Positions 32,001 to 35,560 of a stretch of 35,560 nucleotides of DNA are shown piece after piece. The stretch is from Sphacelaria rigidula. Taxonomy: Eukaryota. The translations under genes were made by a program, and so were the position numbers. Position 1 is the stretch's first letter. Each line of letters opens with the position of its first letter. The stretch lies in NCBI GenBank assembly GCA_964200075.2, contig CAXNAA020000022.1:1-35560 (forward strand). Reading direction: 5' to 3'. Below the pieces are notes generated by a model. That model saw only the letters and a program-made list of their open reading frames with translations, searched no databases and had not been told where the DNA came from.

Positions 32001-34662
32001 CTTCGTAACAGTTTCGGGCTGGTTCGGGGCGGGGGCTATCTTAAAAAGTGTCGAAAAAAACAAGAAAACACTTTCGTTAACCGTGCTCGCCGTCACCGGG
32101 GCTTGATGCTAGATAGTCCCAGGCCTTCGTAAAGACCCCCTGATCATATTCTAATACCCCTTTTAACTTTCCTGCCATCTGCTGCGCCGATACCCCGGTA
32201 TGCTCCACACCAAAGTCGTTATTGCCCATCGACATGAAAAATAAAAAAATAAAAACGCCAAATTTCCCACTGTTTGACTCACCAATTCTCAGTAAGTCCG
32301 AGTCGTTTTTATTTCATGAGCATCACCGTATCAACAGCTTTCTAGCGAACCTAACTCTAGCATCGTAGGCAACTCCATTGGCGAGATATGATCTGCCCCC
32401 CATGAGGACCTTTATTTATGGGACAGATCAAGTAGATAGATAGATACATGACGCCGTTGTGCCCCGTTGACCTGATGGTCCGATGATTTGATTGCTATAA
32501 ATGAACCCGTTACAATAGCTCGAAAAATGCGGGTTCGGTTCGATTCCCGGCCGATCCATATGTTTCTTTTTCCGAGTACAGTACAGTATCTGCAAGTATC
32601 GAATTCCCAAAGCTGAAAACGTGAGGAAGTCAGTAGCGAAAAACAGTGTCTTTGACAAGAATCAACAAATCAAAGCGGGAGTGTCAATCAAATCCGCAGT
32701 ATGACATTAGAAGGGGCAAGGGGCAAGGTGCAAGGAGTGTGCCGGGGGAGAAATGGGTTGGTTCCTTCACACTACACACTACACTACTGACTCGTCCCAT
32801 GAGATGTTAAACGGGAGGGGTGGGGGATGAGGGGTTGAAAGTGCGCAAAAACAATTCTTCCCATGCCTCCGAAGTTGTGGTACTCCCGGGGCAGTGGTGG
32901 TACACGTGGAGCATGGTGTTTTGATGTACGGATGCCACATCGTCTCAACCCCTGATGCCGGTGCTGGCCCTGGGTGTTCCTCACCGTTCCTTACATACTC
33001 GAAGTACAAACCTATTTCATCAGCGTGTCATCGCTTTCCACCACATGAAGTGTGTAGCTTTCTTGACAGCACATGTCAGGCCAGGCATGGGGAGGGAAGA
33101 CAATATACCTGCGCACAGAGGCAAAAAGTACCACCCTTTTGGTGTGCTTCAATTGTTGAGTGGTCGGTACCAAAATGATCAAATGGGGGTAGGGTGCGAT
33201 GTGGATGTTCCGTAGGTGTTCTGTTGTTTTGTAGGGAAACATCACGACCACAGTCAAAATAGCCTCTCTTCTCCCATACTGCCCGACTTGAAACTTTCCT
33301 CTGGAAATTTACGAACACGCGCAGTTGATTTTGTGAGCTTTTCGGTTAATCTAGGAACAGGCACCCGAGCCCCTCAAAAGCCACTGTCCCGCTCGCTGAA
33401 AACCCCGGGTTGATATGGACGGTTAATCTGTCAATCGGACAATTCATATCTATTCCAAGGAGAGGCTAGCAGCCTGAGGCTTGAGCCTTTGACTAAACCC
33501 TTCAACCACAGAGCTTGGGATCGTTATTTTAGCAGGATCGTCCACATACAACAACAACACGCCAATTGGTGCATTGACATATATACAGGGACTCAAATGG
33601 ACTGCTTCCAGGTCGAATGGGTAAAGGTCGCGCTTTTTGCGTGCAGAGTTCAGTTCTGCGGAGAAGCACACAAAAAAGAAAAAAACGGGGAAAGTAATGA
33701 AGCATGAGAAGTACTCGTTTGTCAGTGTCTTTCGCAGAGCGCTGATGTAAGCAATCAAGCGTCGGGAACAAGATACTCCCACGAACCTATGCGATTCTTT
33801 AGACCTTTGGTCGTACGCTACCTCTGATCCACTCGACACAGCTCAGCAAAACAGTTTTAATGGCATTTAAATCACAATATTAACAACATGTGTACATTCA
33901 GTGGATCGTGACATCAGCGTGGATGGCAACATACTGCTTGACATATCGGTGCCGCTGCTGATGAAGGTGACGTTCGTCAATATGTTGACGCTAACCAGTA
34001 CGTATTGGTGTCAAGGTGAGTCCGACCATGTGGGTCTCGAGGCACCAGAAACAGCAGCAACGTACTCGTGGGAGAAAACGTGTCTCAACCCCCCAGGATG
34101 CTATCGTTGACGATTAGAATCGCGATATCCCTCACTCGTATAGCCCAGGTTTGATTAGCCTCACGTCGCTGGAATTCACAGTACGGTGTGGGTGCAACAC
34201 TGATCAGTGCACGCCTCAAGTATCCTAACTATCGTTCTGTGGCGCGTCTTCCATGCTGCTGATGGTACAACTGACTACGACAGATTGAACCCATATATCC
34301 ATAGGGTTAGTTTGGTGATATATATCTGGTGTTACTTATAGTGTTGATCGTAGTGGTGAACAACACCGCTGTGCAAGACCTGACGCGAGTATAATTCTCT
34401 CGATTCTACCTCAGCTTCCGGCGAACAGAGCGGATGTCATCCCACGTGTGGACCGCGCCATCCGCTTGACTCTACTACGGCACGGAGGTGTTCCAAGCGT
34501 GTTCACTAGCCACGCTGTACACGACGGCATGCTTCATCTAGCCGTCAAGGGAGAGTTCGAGGTGAGTAGTTAATGTACGACATGACTCTTGACGGTGGGG
34601 TTATCGGATTTATGGAACGAATACTTGTATTTTGAAGCGCTTGTCGTACATTAACGTAACAC

Positions 34663-34696
<34 letters not shown>

Positions 34697-34845
34697 GTTC
34701 TCGTGCAATGTGACGTGCAGCTGTTGCTGACGCTTCAGGCGGAGAAGGAGGACGCGAAGTGGACTTTGCTACAGGTGAAAGTCATGATCCACGCCCGTGA
34801 GGGAGAAGCTGTCAAAGCACCTCCGACAGACATACGCCAACAAAG
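27241..34845 (+). CDS. MED14: Mediator of RNA polymerase II transcription subunit 14, 5' partial (continues beyond the window)
   Basis: Exons 27241-27546 (RREDLLDYIRLNRARFMKAYVAVRW), 30687-30851 (ARQRLYDVPVAVDVLVNGQYSWLP), 34415-34561 (AVHDGMLHLAVKGEFE) and 34721-~34845/34849 (LLLTL...WTLLQVKV). All are joined by phase-0 GT-AG introns. The motifs match the Med14 N-terminal domain pattern (R..F.KL...VKW; AR.P..D...A.DVL..G.Y..LP; V.DG.....V.GEF...LTL....W). The last donor position is uncertain. Confidence 0.82.
28659..28896. repeat. Perfect 39-bp inverted repeat with a 160-bp spacer, in MED14 intron 1
   Basis: ACATGTTTCGATAGCCCAAAGGTATCAGAAAATCCTAAT (28659-28697) and its exact reverse complement (28858-28896). 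Confidence 0.92.
28995..29026. repeat. (CTG)10 microsatellite, intronic
   Basis: Directly visible. Confidence 0.95.
30687..30851 (+). CDS. MED14: MED14 exon 2
   Basis: atgcag|TGC ... GAG|gtgtgt, 165 nt; YDVPVAVDVLVNGQYSWLP motif. Confidence 0.82.
31589..32432. mobile_element. MITE / non-autonomous Tc1-mariner (Stowaway-like) element in MED14 intron 2
   Basis: TCTGTCCCGTAAGTAAAGGCTCTTATG (31594-31620) versus CATGAGGACCTTTATTTATGGGACAGA (32401-32427): 22/27 inverted match. TA lies symmetrically 5 bp outside each arm (31587-88, 32433-34). The element sits in a (GATA)n tract. Confidence 0.68.
34415..34561 (+). CDS. MED14: MED14 exon 3 (absent from the ORF track)
   Basis: ctcag|CTT ... GAG|gtgagt, 147 nt; LPANRADVIPRVDRAIRLTLLRHGGVPSVFTSHAVHDGMLHLAVKGEFE. 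Confidence 0.8.
34664..34695. repeat. (AC)16 microsatellite in MED14 intron 3
   Basis: Directly visible. Confidence 0.95.
34721..34845 (+). CDS. MED14: MED14 exon 4 (3' boundary uncertain; absent from the ORF track)
   Basis: gtgcag|CTG; LLLTLQAEKEDAKWTLLQVKVMIHAREGEAVKAPPTDIRQQ; candidate donors after 34845 (AG|gtcggt) or 34849 (TCG|gtaaag). Confidence 0.72.
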
Positions 34846-35560
34846 GTCGGTAAAGTGTTGCGTTAGAGGTGGATGACAATATGCAGATCATGGAGCGTCT
34901 TGCGTGCTGTGACCTGATTTCACGCTTGCTCGGCGGTGGTGCTATTGATGGTGACGACAGAGCAAGTTGATGCAGAAACTACTGTTTGATACGATGGCAG
35001 TCTGACTTTCCCATTTCTGGTACATGTGATGGCGCATATGGATGAGAGATTACTGACTGTCGGTACCGGTTTGATGGGTATTGAAAATGGGGGCACGTTT
35101 GCAATAATGGGCCTGACGAATGCAGTCTGGGCAAGTTTGATGGCGCAATGAAGTGTCGCAACATCATCCACAGGGCGTTGTGAGCTTCACAAAATATTGC
35201 ATTCAACCCGCCACTGTATTTTCGATCGTGCAAGAACTTTCTCATGATACATGCGATGGACTGTGACAAATACAGCGATGGTGACTCTTGTTGTACGTCC
35301 CAAAGGGCATCGCAGCCTAGCAAGCCATACAGGTCGAGTTGGGCTCGTCGCTGAGCATGCAATGATATCAAGTAGTGAATTCCCGTTGTGTGTGTGTGTG
35401 TGTTTTTTTTTTATTGAGCGTTGAGCCAGATTTGCAACTGTGCGTCGCACTTGGGGTGACGAGGCCGATTTGCCAATTTGCGCGACGTTCGTAGAGTTAC
35501 AAGGGTCGGACAAATCAATGATTCGTCTGGAAATTACTTGGTTTTAGTGTAATTTATTCG

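Noticed and set aside
33901..34110. Possible extra MED14 exon (VDRDISVDGNILLD...)
   Set aside because: Exon 2 joins exon 3 in frame with Med14-like continuity without it, and it has no recognisable similarity.

Overview
Eukaryotic genomic DNA with spliceosomal introns. The intron style, repeat landscape and the presence of an axonemal dynein suggest a stramenopile such as a brown alga (inference). Two genes lie head-to-head with only about 243 bp between their start codons. On the minus strand is a complete 22-exon axonemal inner-arm dynein heavy chain of the DNAH10 / I1-alpha class (26997->5386, about 4685 aa by my exon reconstruction). On the plus strand is the 5' part (4 exons) of Mediator subunit MED14 (27241->at least 34845), which runs off the window. 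The dynein has three probable GC-AG introns, a 43-bp triplication that copies a splice donor, and a nearly intron-free 3' half. The first 4.4 kb is repeat-rich: ~63-bp and 42-bp minisatellites, an N gap, and a hAT-like non-autonomous element with TIRs and an 8-bp TSD. The long MED14 introns hold a Stowaway/mariner-like MITE and a perfect 39-bp inverted repeat. I see no CRISPR array, RNA gene or prokaryotic-type system, and no clearly new multi-gene system.
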